Assembly (NCBI GenBank): GCA_963796965.1
Contig: CAWCNS010000007.1
Location: 640,001-704,000 of the forward strand
DNA: 64,000 nt
Direction: 5' to 3'
Source: Calditrichia bacterium
GTDB lineage: Bacteria > Calditrichota > Calditrichia > JAJRVZ01
In this document: piece after piece, positions 21,390 through 31,991 of the stretch
Layout of the letters: each line of letters starts with the position of its first letter
Position numbering within the stretch: the stretch's first letter is position 1
Notes under the pieces: generated by a model
What the model was told of the DNA's origin: nothing
Seen by the model: the letters and a program-made list of their open reading frames with translations, nothing else
Databases searched by the model: none
Translations under genes and position numbers: made by a program

Positions 21390-22349
21390 ATGAATTATAA
21401 CAGAACAAAGCGTAACAATAGTTTTCATTATCATTTTGGCCTTCTTACTTTGGGCGTTCTATTATTTATGGTGAACACTTCCGCTGCTTTTGATGTAACG
21501 ATGAGAGTGGTAAACACCGGTGAAGGATATCAATTTTATGAGAATGATTCTCCTGTGTTATTCTACCGGATGAAGCCCCTAACCTCAAAAGAAGGCACCC
21601 ATTCTCGGGCCAATTATTGTCATCCGGTCCTGGGATTGAATGGAAAAGTTATAACTGAGGACTTTCCAAAAGATCATCTTCATCACCGTGGAATTTTTTG
21701 GGCCTGGCATCAGGTTTATATTAATGATCAATTGATCCGTGACATGTGGGATTGCACAGATTTTATCTGGGATTTTCAAGATGTCAACATTATTGAAACT
21801 GGGAGAAAATCAACCGCTCTAACAGCAAAAGTAAATTGGAAATCCCCACAATGGAAAAATGCATCAGAACCGATAGCGCAAGAGTTGGTGACCATACGAC
21901 TTCATAAAACCAGCAATGACATTCGCCTTATTGATTTTGAAATAACAATTTCTGCCCTGGTCCAGGGATTACGTATTGGTGGTTCAGATGATGTTAAAGG
22001 CTATGGAGGATTTTCTACCCGTATTCCTCTTCCAAATGATCTGGAAATGACCGATAAAGATGGCGAGGTAAAACCTGCAACGGTAGCTGTGGACGCCGGC
22101 GAATGGATGAATTTTAGCGGAACGTTTGCTGGGGAGAAATCAAATATTGCTGTACTTATACATCCATCACATCCCGGAGCCCCGCATAAGTGGATTTTGC
22201 GCAAAAAAGGCAGCTGTCAGAATGTGGCTTATCCAGGACGGGAACCAGTATCGATACCCACTGATAAGCCTCTTACTTTGAAGTATCGCGTGGTCATACA
22301 TAAAGATGCGGATTTGAATAAACTCTATGAAGAGTATGGTGCAAAGTAA
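21390..22349 (+). CDS. Secreted PmoA/DUF6807-like protein (carbohydrate-locus associated)
   Basis: RANYCHPV, TEDFPKDHLHHRGIFWAW, KGYGGFSTR, WILR, LKYRVVIH. Confidence 0.75.
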   Translation: MNYNRTKRNNSFHYHFGLLTLGVLLFMVNTSAAFDVTMRVVNTGEGYQFYENDSPVLFYRMKPLTSKEGTHSRANYCHPVLGLNGKVITEDFPKDHLHHRGIFWAWHQVYINDQLIRDMWDCTDFIWDFQDVNIIETGRKSTALTAKVNWKSPQWKNASEPIAQELVTIRLHKTSNDIRLIDFEITISALVQGLRIGGSDDVKGYGGFSTRIPLPNDLEMTDKDGEVKPATVAVDAGEWMNFSGTFAGEKSNIAVLIHPSHPGAPHKWILRKKGSCQNVAYPGREPVSIPTDKPLTLKYRVVIHKDADLNKLYEEYGAK

Positions 22350-22493
22350 GAATATGATTTTATAATGTAATTAGTACTATGTGATGTGGAATATGGAATT
22401 TAGGAATACCGGAGGAATACTTGTCTGAATTTTTCATCTAAAAACTAACTGTTTAACCACAGAGGGACACAGAATATTCACAGAAGGATTTTT

Positions 22494-22712
22494 ATGAGCA
22501 GATCAATATATATTATCATCCCTCTCATTGTTTTTTTTATAACTGATATCCATGCCCAGAAATCAAATCAAACCATATCTACAACTGATCCGATCGCCAA
22601 AAAGACTGCTGCAATGGCCAAATACACTGGATTTCAGACTTTTTATTGGGATGCTAAACAAGGAAAGATATGGCTGGAAATTGAAAATTGGGATAAGGAT
22701 TTTTTCCACTAA
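22494..22712 (+). pseudogene. 5-prime fragment of a secreted protein, probably a zinc-dependent metalloprotease (DUF5117/DUF4953 type), cut off at a repeat
   Basis: Signal peptide plus IAKKTAAMAKYTGFQTFYWDAKQGKIWLEI; the stop lies inside the repeat arm TCCACTAATT at 22705-22714. Confidence 0.6.
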
Positions 22713-22955
22713 TTACGCTCGTAGAACGCGTCCTGAGACCTCGTTATACGGGGCCAGGCCGAATTTTTGCGAATTTCACGAATTAGTAAATAAATACTCA
22801 GAATTATTTGTACCACATAATTGGTAATTCGCGATTTAGAACTGTTTTTCTTTTGTCTTGGAAGTCTTAGCGTCTTTGCGTCTTTGCGAGATGAATATTT
22901 ATACACAATAACTAACATCTATGTCTATAGAGATAAATATTGAGAGAGGATAATC

Positions 22956-24241
22956 ATGACACGACTGAACACCATATTGTTTTTATTGATTTTCATTGGT
23001 ATTAGTATATCGACATTAATCGCAGATAATAAGACATCACTTTCTACACTGACAGATGATGGTGCCTGGTGTTGGTTTCAGGATCCCAGGGCCGTGTATA
23101 TTGAAGGTAACCACAAAAGAACCTATACCGGTTGGGTGACCCGTGAGGGGAAACTCCAGGTAGGAGCATTCGATCATAAACTCGGGTAAAACCGAAATTA
23201 TAACCCTTGAGGAAAAATGGGGTGCAGATGATCATAATACTTGTTCTTTTATCGTATTACCTGATAAGAAATTAATGGTTTTTTATGCTCAGCATAATCA
23301 GAAAGGTCTATATTGCCGTACAACTTCCCAACCCGAGGATATTAGTAAATGGGATGATGAGATTACAATCACAGATGGCCCCCGAATAACTTACAGCCAT
23401 CCCATGTATTTGGAAAATGAAAAACGTTTTTATGTTTTCTGGCGGGGAGAGAGTTGGAAACCAACATTTTCTATTTCCAGTAATGGTAAATCATGGTCAA
23501 AACCAAAAATACTAATCCAGGAAGAAAACCGCGCTGCCAAAGATATCAGACCCTATATTAAAGATAACTTCTGACGGAAAATCATCTATTCATTTTGCTT
23601 TTACAGATGGCCATCCACGCAATGAATCGTTAAACTCCGTTTATTATTTAAAGTATGAGAAATGGTGTTTTCTTTCGTGCTGATGGTGAAGTTGCCGGAT
23701 ATTTTGGCCGTTTGCCCATTGCCCCAAGTAACAGTGATCTCGTTTATGATGGACGCAAAACTGCGGTTAGGGCATGGGTTTGGGATATCGCCATTGATAA
23801 TAAGGGACTTCCGGTAATCGCATACACACGACTACCGAAAGAAAGAGATCATCGCTATCATTATGCCCGCTGGATAGGGAAGTGATTGGATGGATACAGA
23901 AATCACGAGCGGCTGGCAGATGGTTTCCACAAACACCAAAAGATAAAAAGGAACCTGAGCCTCATTATTCAGGTGGCATGGCTCTTAATCCCAGCCAACC
24001 AGAAATTATATACCTATCCCGCCAGATAAATGATATATTTGAAATTGAGAAATGGATAACCCCTAATTTTGGACGTACCTGGAGATCAATGGCAATAACT
24101 ACAGATTCCGACAATCCGAATGTCAGACCGGTTGTGCCTCGATATTGTCCCCCAAATTCAAATATTGTATTATGGATGAATGGATCCTATATACACTATA
24201 CCAACTACCATACGGGTATCAAAATTTCTCCAGGGAAATAA
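22956..24241 (+). CDS. BNR_4 repeat-containing secreted protein, several frameshifts
   Basis: DDGAWCWFQDPRA, DDHN, ITYSHP, RPYIK, DGHPRN, WVWDI, YHYARW, YSGG, NVRP across consecutive ORFs. Confidence 0.8.
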
Positions 24242-24247
24242 GGATAT

Positions 24248-25474
24248 ATGCTCATCAAGGATAGAATTTCATACGACACTTCTTCACAACATCTGGTGTA
24301 TTTGACCCTCTGCTTTGTCTGTTTATCCTATACTGGATTATTTTCCCAGGATTATGAACCTGTAAATTGTGATTCACCTCTTCCCTACAAAGGGGCTCCC
24401 CTCCATGATAGTATTAATCGAGGAATCTGGGAGAACCTATCTTCTGATCTAAACAGGCAAATAAGTGGCGATTTTCACAAAAAACTAAACACTGTAATTG
24501 ATGAACTTTTGGAATTAACAAATGCGCCTGCCATTACAGCTGCCGTTGGAATACCAGGGAAAGGAATATGGTCAAAATCAAAAGGTTTGGCACTTTCTGA
24601 TCCTGAAACGCCGATCGATTCAGTATCCTATTTTCATTGGGCCAGTGTTGGTAAAGCTTTTACAGCAACAGCGATTATTCAGATGGTGGATGAGAAAAAA
24701 CTCAAATTTACCGATCCTATAGCAAAATGGATTCCCGACTTCCCCAACGCGAGTGTTATCACTATTGATCATCTCCTCTTGCATACGAGTGGTACATTCA
24801 GTTTTAATAGCGACCTTCCCTTCCGCGAGGAACGTGGCTATAAACCACCTGAGCAATTAATTGAAATCGCCGAGAAACATGGGAATGCATTTTGCCCTGG
24901 GGAATACTGGGCTTATTCAAATACAAATTATGTCTTGCTGGGATTAATCTTGGAAAAGATAGAAAAGAAGCCATTACATCAAATTTTGACTGACCGGATT
25001 ATAAAACCACTAGGTTTAAATAATACGCTAGCCCTAATGCCCGAACAACAGCCACCTGGCTTGGTTAAAGGTCATACAAATGAAGGTTTGGATGAGCAGT
25101 TTAATGAGAGTTTACCCTTTGGTGCGGGTATAATTGTTTCATCGGCTAAAGACATGGTAATCTTCTGGCATAGTTTTCTCACAGGCAAAATTATAAAACC
25201 TGAATCAGCTATAGATGCCTTTGACAATTTGTATCCCATGTTCGACAAGGGCCTCTACTACGGACGGGGGGTCATGTTGTATGAGGTTTTTGATGGTGAG
25301 GGTAAAAGAGTCGTATGGTGGTTGGGCCACAGCGGTGGTACACAGGGGATGAAAACTATTGTTGCTTATGATATGGATAGCACTATATATGTGGCAATAG
25401 CACTAAACAATCAAGCCTCCGCAGAAGCCTCGGCAAATAAACTTTTATCAGAGACAAAAAAATTAATAAAATAA
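24248..25474 (+). CDS. Serine hydrolase, beta-lactamase/AmpC-like family
   Basis: SVGK (SxxK), LLLHTSG, PGEYWAYSNTNY (YxN), GHSGG. Confidence 0.9.
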   Translation: MLIKDRISYDTSSQHLVYLTLCFVCLSYTGLFSQDYEPVNCDSPLPYKGAPLHDSINRGIWENLSSDLNRQISGDFHKKLNTVIDELLELTNAPAITAAVGIPGKGIWSKSKGLALSDPETPIDSVSYFHWASVGKAFTATAIIQMVDEKKLKFTDPIAKWIPDFPNASVITIDHLLLHTSGTFSFNSDLPFREERGYKPPEQLIEIAEKHGNAFCPGEYWAYSNTNYVLLGLILEKIEKKPLHQILTDRIIKPLGLNNTLALMPEQQPPGLVKGHTNEGLDEQFNESLPFGAGIIVSSAKDMVIFWHSFLTGKIIKPESAIDAFDNLYPMFDKGLYYGRGVMLYEVFDGEGKRVVWWLGHSGGTQGMKTIVAYDMDSTIYVAIALNNQASAEASANKLLSETKKLIK

Positions 25475-25504
25475 TATACTATTTGCAGGATAGGAATCAG
25501 TTTA

Positions 25505-25918
25505 ATGACGCTTGGAATAATAAAAACGTTTGTAGGAATCGTTCTTATAATCCATGGTTTAGGACATGCATTAATGATCTTTGCCGCCTTGGATAAACCT
25601 CTCAGTCCCACCCATTCAATTAAATCATGGATAATTTCGCCAATACTGGGACAAACACCAACCGTCCTTATCGGGATAGGTATAGCGATTGTATCTCTGG
25701 TAGGTTTCATGGCCGCTGGTCTTAATCAGACAGGCTGGTTATTTCCTGATTTAACTTGGCAATCCTTTACTCAATTTGCTGCCATTATTTCACTTATTGG
25801 CTTAATCGTGTTTTGGAATGCCTTCCCTTTCTTTTTTCCAAATAAAATTGGTGTGATCATCATTGATCTCTATATGTTCGTATCGATAACTTGGCTAAAC
25901 TGGCCATCAGAATTATAG
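25505..25918 (+). CDS. Four-TM membrane protein
   Basis: Hydrophobic helices, LIIHGLGH motif. Confidence 0.7.
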   Translation: MTLGIIKTFVGIVLIIHGLGHALMIFAALDKPLSPTHSIKSWIISPILGQTPTVLIGIGIAIVSLVGFMAAGLNQTGWLFPDLTWQSFTQFAAIISLIGLIVFWNAFPFFFPNKIGVIIIDLYMFVSITWLNWPSEL

Positions 25919-26061
25919 ATAAGCTTCTCCTAAGGAATATTCTTTTCAAAAAATCACACAACAATAATCAATGCAGCAGATATTGCGATATGTGATAGAG
26001 AATATTTTATAATGAAGCGTTTGTCAGGAACACCAATAAATGTATAATGAAATAACCGGGG

Positions 26062-27198
26062 CTAAGGTGCCCAAACAGACGCAGCAATATGCTGTTGTTT
26101 ATTTTCCTGTGATGCCCAGTAGTATACTGCTACTAAATTTCCATCTTCGGTTTGTATCAGACGCGGGTATCCCAAATCCTTCATATCTCCTTTTTCTCCC
26201 GTATAGAAATTATCTCTGATGACAAATTCTGGTCCCCAGGTTATGCCATTATCCTTACTGTACCTCCCCATTATCAGTTTTTTTGTACGGTTGCCATAAA
26301 TACAACATAAACGTCCATCTTTGAGTTTAGTCAATGCAGGAGGATTACCATTATGAGCACCGGCATCAGCGACTTTGCTGAGAAAATACCAGTTTTTGCC
26401 ACCATCATCTGATTTATAACAGTCAATCCAGGCAATATTGCCATTTGCAATAACCCTGCGTCTAATGGACATGACAAATTCTTTTTCAGAGACCTGTACG
26501 GTATTTGGCATAACAGCACGATAGGGATCGGAACAAGGCACAACCCAGGGGCTCCAGATATCAAAGTTTAATCCCCCATCTTCTGTTTTTATAACTGATA
26601 TGTCATCCGACATGCCGGTTTTATCAATACGTGATGATATAAAGATTAAGCATTCTCTTTCATTTAAAACAATATAATCTGTACGTGGTGTGAGGATACA
26701 TTCTTTGAACCGTGGTTGTTTGGCAATTCCACCCAGTGCATAAGGTCCATTCCAGGTAATACCCCTATCATTAGAGTAGTAAAAACCAGCTTCCGAATCA
26801 TTGTTTCCATGATAAGCTGTACCAAAAACCCGCATGGCAAAACCATTATTTTTGAAATTTATGGGCTGTTTTAGATTTGTTTTCTTTCCTCCATCACCAA
26901 CATATCCGGAGGGATCAAACATATTCCATGATATCCCGCCATCCTTGCTTCGAGAGAGAAGACTGAGTTGGGGAGCATCATCCTTAATATTATGCCCTTT
27001 CGTATCCGCATACTCCACCTGGGTCAGGCCTACAAGAATTTCATTTCCCCAAACCCATACACCATTATTAGCAGGCCACCCATGAAACTGACCCTCCTCA
27101 ATCGCTACAATTGAATGTTTCATATTCACAGGTTGCTGGGCAAATACAATGCAAGTCAATGATAAAGCAAACAATGTTATCAAAACTAAATTTTTCAT
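26062..27198 (-). CDS. BNR/Asp-box sialidase-like secreted protein, paralog of 14970-16100
   Basis: GWPANNGVWVWGNEILVG, RTDY, GNPPALTKLKDGRLC, DLGYPR; several Asp-boxes. Confidence 0.85.
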   Translation of the reverse strand: MKNLVLITLFALSLTCIVFAQQPVNMKHSIVAIEEGQFHGWPANNGVWVWGNEILVGLTQVEYADTKGHNIKDDAPQLSLLSRSKDGGISWNMFDPSGYVGDGGKKTNLKQPINFKNNGFAMRVFGTAYHGNNDSEAGFYYSNDRGITWNGPYALGGIAKQPRFKECILTPRTDYIVLNERECLIFISSRIDKTGMSDDISVIKTEDGGLNFDIWSPWVVPCSDPYRAVMPNTVQVSEKEFVMSIRRRVIANGNIAWIDCYKSDDGGKNWYFLSKVADAGAHNGNPPALTKLKDGRLCCIYGNRTKKLIMGRYSKDNGITWGPEFVIRDNFYTGEKGDMKDLGYPRLIQTEDGNLVAVYYWASQENKQQHIAASVWAP

Positions 27199-27642
27199 TG
27201 CTGTTCCTTTCTGTAGTAAAGTTTCAGATAAGAGTATGATATAAATCTATCTTACTCTGCATGAAATCCTTCTCTTGAAAAGCACATACCCTTTAGAATC
27301 CCTTCTCAAGATACAATGATTTAGTATTCTTGAGTATATGATTTCGATTGATTAATTTTGTAATATTTAAGATATTTTTTCATTCGATATTAATCTATCT
27401 GATTAACGGGTAGTGTAAATAATATAATGTGCAGGGAAATGCTTAGCAAAATATAGAGTCTTGCTCTGCTCATTTCAATTTTTTTAAATTGCTTACTTAA
27501 TATACCTAACAAATCGATATTTTTGAAGGATCTATGTTTTGATTACTAAAAAGGATCAGCGTTTTAAATCAAATTTCCTTTAGGTTTCTTTATTCGATGC
27601 GGAAAATAATTATCCTTTTTATCATTTAATTAAAGGCTCAAA

Positions 27643-30393
27643 ATGAAGAAAACTCTTCTTATAATTTTATTCTCTAATTTTCTCTTTTTATGGCAGTGCA
27701 CACATAGCGACAAATCCTTAAGATTTAAAAGTCTTCTTTGTGAATATGCAACAGATCCCATCGCTATGGACTCAAGGACACCAAGGTTCTCGTGGATTGT
27801 TGAGGGATCAAAAAGAGGCCAACAGCAAGACGCTTTCAGAATACAAGTAGCATCGAATCCAGATCATTTACACACAAACCAGGTCGATATGTGGGATACT
27901 GGTAAAATAAATTCTGATAAAACAATCCACCATAAGTATAGTGGTAAACCGCTTAGCAGCAACAAAAGTTATTATTGGCAAGTAACAATCTGGGATAATC
28001 TGAATAACCAAAGAACCAGCGACCCGGCCCTTTTCTCAACTACTTTTCTTGAGCAGAGCGACTGGAAGGCTAAATGGATAGGCGCAGGTCCTGAGAAAGA
28101 ATACCTTCCTCCATCCGGATTCTTTATGAACATCGAAGATCAATATAGCCTTACAGATACAGTAAGACATCAGGGCCGCTCTCTATTATTAAGAAATTCA
28201 TTTAAATTACCCAAGGATATCAAATCTGCAAAGCTCCTGATAACCGGTCTTGGTTTTTATGAGGCTTTTCTTAACGGAAAACGTGTTGGAGATCATGTGC
28301 TCTCCCCCGCTAAAACCCAGTATCGTCATCAGGTTTTATATGACACTTATGATGTTACTGAAATGCTTAGCAAAGGAAAAAATGGCATCGGTATCCACCT
28401 TGGAAATGGCTGGTTCAATCCCTACAAACTATGGTGGCGGGAATACCGCATGCAGTGGTTTGGAGCAAAACGTGCATTAGCTCAATTGGAAATCACATTT
28501 AAAGATGGCACATCGGAGACGGTAATTAGTGATCATCGCTGGAAACAAATGGATGGACCGATCCTATTTAATTGCATATATGATGGTGAAATATATGATG
28601 CAACAAAGGAAGTTAAGGGGTGGCGTGATAGAGATTTTGATGATTCTGCCTGGTCACCCGTAGCGGTGATGGAAGAGCCTGGTGGAAAGTTAATTTCCCA
28701 ACATATGCCGGCGATTAAAGTGGTAAAACTTATTGATCCTATTAAAATGATTGAGCCAAAACCGGGCGTTCATGTTTATGATATGGGGCAGAATTTCACT
28801 GGCTGGGTGCGTCTAAGGATGAAGGGAAAAAAAGGTACGCACGTAAAATTGAGGTTTGCTGAGGAGGCGTATGAGGACGGATCTTTAGACCCAACAAGCA
28901 ATGAGCATGCTAAGGCAAGAGCAGAGTATATCATGAAAGGTGTGGATGTCGAAACTTATGAGCCAAAATTTACCTATTTTGGATTCAAATATGTTGAGAT
29001 AACTGCTGAGCCGGAGCTGCCGGAGATAGATAAAGTAGAGGGATGCGTCGTTTATTCAGCTAATCCGATTGTGGGACAGCTTGATACGGGTAATGAAGTG
29101 ATCAACAAAATACATCGTGCTACCGTCTGGTCACAAAAGAGCAATATGATTGGATATCCACTTGACTGTCCCCAGCGAGATGAACGCCTGGGATGGTTTG
29201 GAGATGCCCAGGTTACGGCAGAAGAGGCGATGTTTAATTTTGACATGGCTCTTTTTTACCAAAATTGGTTGAGTGGAATTCGAATGAACCAGCACCCTAA
29301 AACTGGTGATTTACCAATCATTTCCCCGCGCCCCTATATTTTTGATGAGGGTGTTGAATGGAGTAGTACCTTTTTTACAATCATCTGGGATTATTATCGC
29401 TATTACGGTGATAAAAAAATTCTCAGGGACAATTATGAAGCCATGGAACGCTATCTTGTTTTCCTGAAAAACATATCCAAGAATTATATTGTACCTATGG
29501 GTTGGATAGGTGACTGGGGAAGCCTGGTGGAGGGTTGGCATGAAGGTGAACCAGCCTCAATTCCGACTGCTTTTTACTACTATAATGTAACAATATTGGC
29601 CAAAGCAGCCGGTATCCTTGAAAAAGCAGATGATAATTCCCGCTACACTGAACTGGCCCAAGCCATAAAAAAAACCTATAATAAAAAATACTTTGACCCA
29701 AAATCAAATAATTACAGCGATGGAAGTCAAATGGCCAATGCCTTCCCTCTTTATCTGGGTTTGGTTGAAGAAGAACATAAAGAGGCGGTACTAAAAAATT
29801 TAATTATTGATATTGTAGAAAAAAATAACGGCCATTTAACAACCGGTGTCCTAGGGTCAAAATATATGTTAGAAGCCCTGACCATGGAAGACCGTCCTGA
29901 TGTTGCCTGGCTATTGGCCACAGCCACCGGTTATCCAAGTTGGTCGGATATGGTTGAAAAATATACAACCATGTCTGAATTTTGGACCCTAAAACAATCA
30001 CATAACCATGTATTCACCGGCAGTATCGATGCCTGGTTTTACAATGCTCTTGCTGGGATTCAGTTGGACGAAGAAAACCCTGCATATAAAAATATAATTA
30101 TTAAACCTTATATTCCGAAGAACCTGAGCCATGCAAAAGCTTCGGTGGAAACTATCGCCGGAACTGTGGCTTCAGGTTGGGTTAAAAAGGAAAACATGTT
30201 GGTACTGAATATCAGTATCCCCTTCAATTCAACAGCAATTGTTCATATTCCCGAGAGTGATAAATCAGCCATCAGAATAAATGATAAAGCTATTGAGAAT
30301 TGTGAAGGAATAAAATATTTAGGTTACGAGAATAATCATCAGGTTTTTAACGTTGTATCGGGGAATTACCGGTTTTCATGTGATTTAAATTAA
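27643..30393 (+). CDS. Alpha-L-rhamnosidase, GH78
   Basis: PRFSW, GLGFYE, DMGQNFTGW, LRFAE, DCPQRDERLGWFGDA, GDW, LTTG, SHNH. Confidence 0.93.
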   Translation: MKKTLLIILFSNFLFLWQCTHSDKSLRFKSLLCEYATDPIAMDSRTPRFSWIVEGSKRGQQQDAFRIQVASNPDHLHTNQVDMWDTGKINSDKTIHHKYSGKPLSSNKSYYWQVTIWDNLNNQRTSDPALFSTTFLEQSDWKAKWIGAGPEKEYLPPSGFFMNIEDQYSLTDTVRHQGRSLLLRNSFKLPKDIKSAKLLITGLGFYEAFLNGKRVGDHVLSPAKTQYRHQVLYDTYDVTEMLSKGKNGIGIHLGNGWFNPYKLWWREYRMQWFGAKRALAQLEITFKDGTSETVISDHRWKQMDGPILFNCIYDGEIYDATKEVKGWRDRDFDDSAWSPVAVMEEPGGKLISQHMPAIKVVKLIDPIKMIEPKPGVHVYDMGQNFTGWVRLRMKGKKGTHVKLRFAEEAYEDGSLDPTSNEHAKARAEYIMKGVDVETYEPKFTYFGFKYVEITAEPELPEIDKVEGCVVYSANPIVGQLDTGNEVINKIHRATVWSQKSNMIGYPLDCPQRDERLGWFGDAQVTAEEAMFNFDMALFYQNWLSGIRMNQHPKTGDLPIISPRPYIFDEGVEWSSTFFTIIWDYYRYYGDKKILRDNYEAMERYLVFLKNISKNYIVPMGWIGDWGSLVEGWHEGEPASIPTAFYYYNVTILAKAAGILEKADDNSRYTELAQAIKKTYNKKYFDPKSNNYSDGSQMANAFPLYLGLVEEEHKEAVLKNLIIDIVEKNNGHLTTGVLGSKYMLEALTMEDRPDVAWLLATATGYPSWSDMVEKYTTMSEFWTLKQSHNHVFTGSIDAWFYNALAGIQLDEENPAYKNIIIKPYIPKNLSHAKASVETIAGTVASGWVKKENMLVLNISIPFNSTAIVHIPESDKSAIRINDKAIENCEGIKYLGYENNHQVFNVVSGNYRFSCDLN

Positions 30394-30589
30394 GCAGAAG
30401 GGTGAATATCCACGTTCAAAGGTGCAGCGAAATTTATCCACGAATTAAACGAATTTTCACAAATTAATGTTCTATTATCTTTTAAATTATATTTAATTCG
30501 TGGTAATTTGTGGAAGTTGTGGACAAAGATCTTTGCGTCTTTATAAGAAATACAATATACATAATACAAGAAGATAAAAGGAGAAACAG

Positions 30590-30871
30590 ATGTCAAAAGC
30601 AAGTGCGCGTCATATTTTAGTATCTACCGAAGAAGAATGCAATAACCTCAAAGCTCAAATTGAAGGTGGATCTGATTTTGCTGAAATCGCAAAAGAACAT
30701 TCATCCTGCCCTTCTGGCGCCAGAGGTGGTGATCTTGGAGAATTTGGCCAGGGACAAATGGTACCGGAATTTGATAAAGTGGTATTTAGTGATGAAGTAG
30801 GTAAGGTACATGGTCCCGTCCAGACGCAATTTGGTTATCATTTGATTGAAATCACCAATCGGGTTGATTAA
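30590..30871 (+). CDS. ppiC: Parvulin-type peptidyl-prolyl cis-trans isomerase
   Basis: [45 protein letters not shown] upstream. Confidence 0.95.
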   Translation: MSKASARHILVSTEEECNNLKAQIEGGSDFAEIAKEHSSCPSGARGGDLGEFGQGQMVPEFDKVVFSDEVGKVHGPVQTQFGYHLIEITNRVD

Positions 30872-30880
30872 TTAGATGCT

Positions 30881-31041
30881 GTAGAGACGTCCCGGTGGGA
30901 CGTCTCCTGTATGTTCAATATCGTAAAATTAAATTGATATATTTTGCTATAGATATTCCATTTTTTCCCTATACATTGTTTTAAGATCATAAAGTAGATT
31001 GAAGTTTGTTCGTGAGAGACGTTCCAACAGAACGTCTCTAC
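30881..31041. repeat. Inverted GTAG-REP doublet (REPIN-like)
   Basis: 30881-30906 is identical to 14325-14350; partner GAGACGTTCCAACAGAACGTCTCTAC at 31016-31041. Confidence 0.9.
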
Positions 31042-31050
31042 ATCTTATCC

Positions 31051-31785
31051 GTGGGTTTTAAATTGAGAGAAAACAGTCCTATAAAGGGGTTGGGTTTCTG
31101 GCCCTCCTTTTTAATATTCGGTTTGGCCGGATTGGTTCTGTATATTGAAGCGCATTATTTAATTCCATGGTTAAGTGCAATCACCGGTATCGAAACTATT
31201 ATATTCTGGTTTCTTGTTGCTGGTTTGGGTTTGTTTCTTCCCCTTTTGATCATTGCTTATTTTATGCTTAGATCTGAAGGATCTTGGAAGCAAAAGGACC
31301 TTTTCAAAAACCGCCTACGATTTCGAAGAATGAATCTTAATGACTGGCTGTGGAGTGTTGGCGCTATTGCTGCTATTGGAATATTTAGCACTCTGCTCAT
31401 GAGTATACTCGAGACTGTTTTTGGTCCTTCCACTCACCAACCACCCTTCATGGCCTTTGAGCCGCTGACTGCCGGTAGATATTGGATTTTAGTGGTATGG
31501 CTCCCCTACTGGCTTTTGAACATCATGGGTGAAGAAATATTATGGCGTGGGGTAATTTTTCCGCGGCAGGAAATTGTATTTGGAAAATATACCTGGCTTA
31601 TTCATGGTTTTGGCTGGAGTTTATTTCACCTCGCCTTCGGCTTGCAATTATTTATTACCATGTTGCCGATTCTTTTTATTCAATCCTATGCAGTCCAAAA
31701 GACAAAAAACTCCTGGGTTGGTGTGGCTATTCATGCCATCATCAACGGCCCAAGTTTCATTGCAATCTCACTTGGATTTTTGTGA
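31051..31785 (+). CDS. CPBP (CAAX protease/Abi) intramembrane glutamic endopeptidase; start uncertain (31051 or 31063)
   Basis: EEILWRG, SLFH and HAIIN motifs; multiple TM helices. Confidence 0.88.
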   Translation: MGFKLRENSPIKGLGFWPSFLIFGLAGLVLYIEAHYLIPWLSAITGIETIIFWFLVAGLGLFLPLLIIAYFMLRSEGSWKQKDLFKNRLRFRRMNLNDWLWSVGAIAAIGIFSTLLMSILETVFGPSTHQPPFMAFEPLTAGRYWILVVWLPYWLLNIMGEEILWRGVIFPRQEIVFGKYTWLIHGFGWSLFHLAFGLQLFITMLPILFIQSYAVQKTKNSWVGVAIHAIINGPSFIAISLGFL

Positions 31786-31991
31786 TCTGTTTTCAATAAA
31801 TTTTAGAAAAATTTTTCCACGAATTGCACGAATTACACTAATTCTTGTCGCAACTTTCTAAGTAGCAAGCAAATTGCATTAGAAATTTATTATATTATAG
31901 AGTATTCATATAGGTAAAGGATTTTAATGCGCTTTATTTTATTTTCTCCCAATATAATAATTCGTGTAAATTTGTGTAATTCGTGGATAAA

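Noticed and set aside
21390..22349. Methane monooxygenase
   Set aside because: The PmoA label refers to a soluble secreted DUF; no multi-TM pMMO subunit features and no pmoB/pmoC.
24248..25474. Antibiotic-resistance beta-lactamase
   Set aside because: SxxK/YxN/HSG motifs are shared by many esterases and peptidases; nothing indicates resistance.
31051..31785. Abortive-infection defence gene
   Set aside because: The CPBP/Abi name does not imply phage defence; no defence context.
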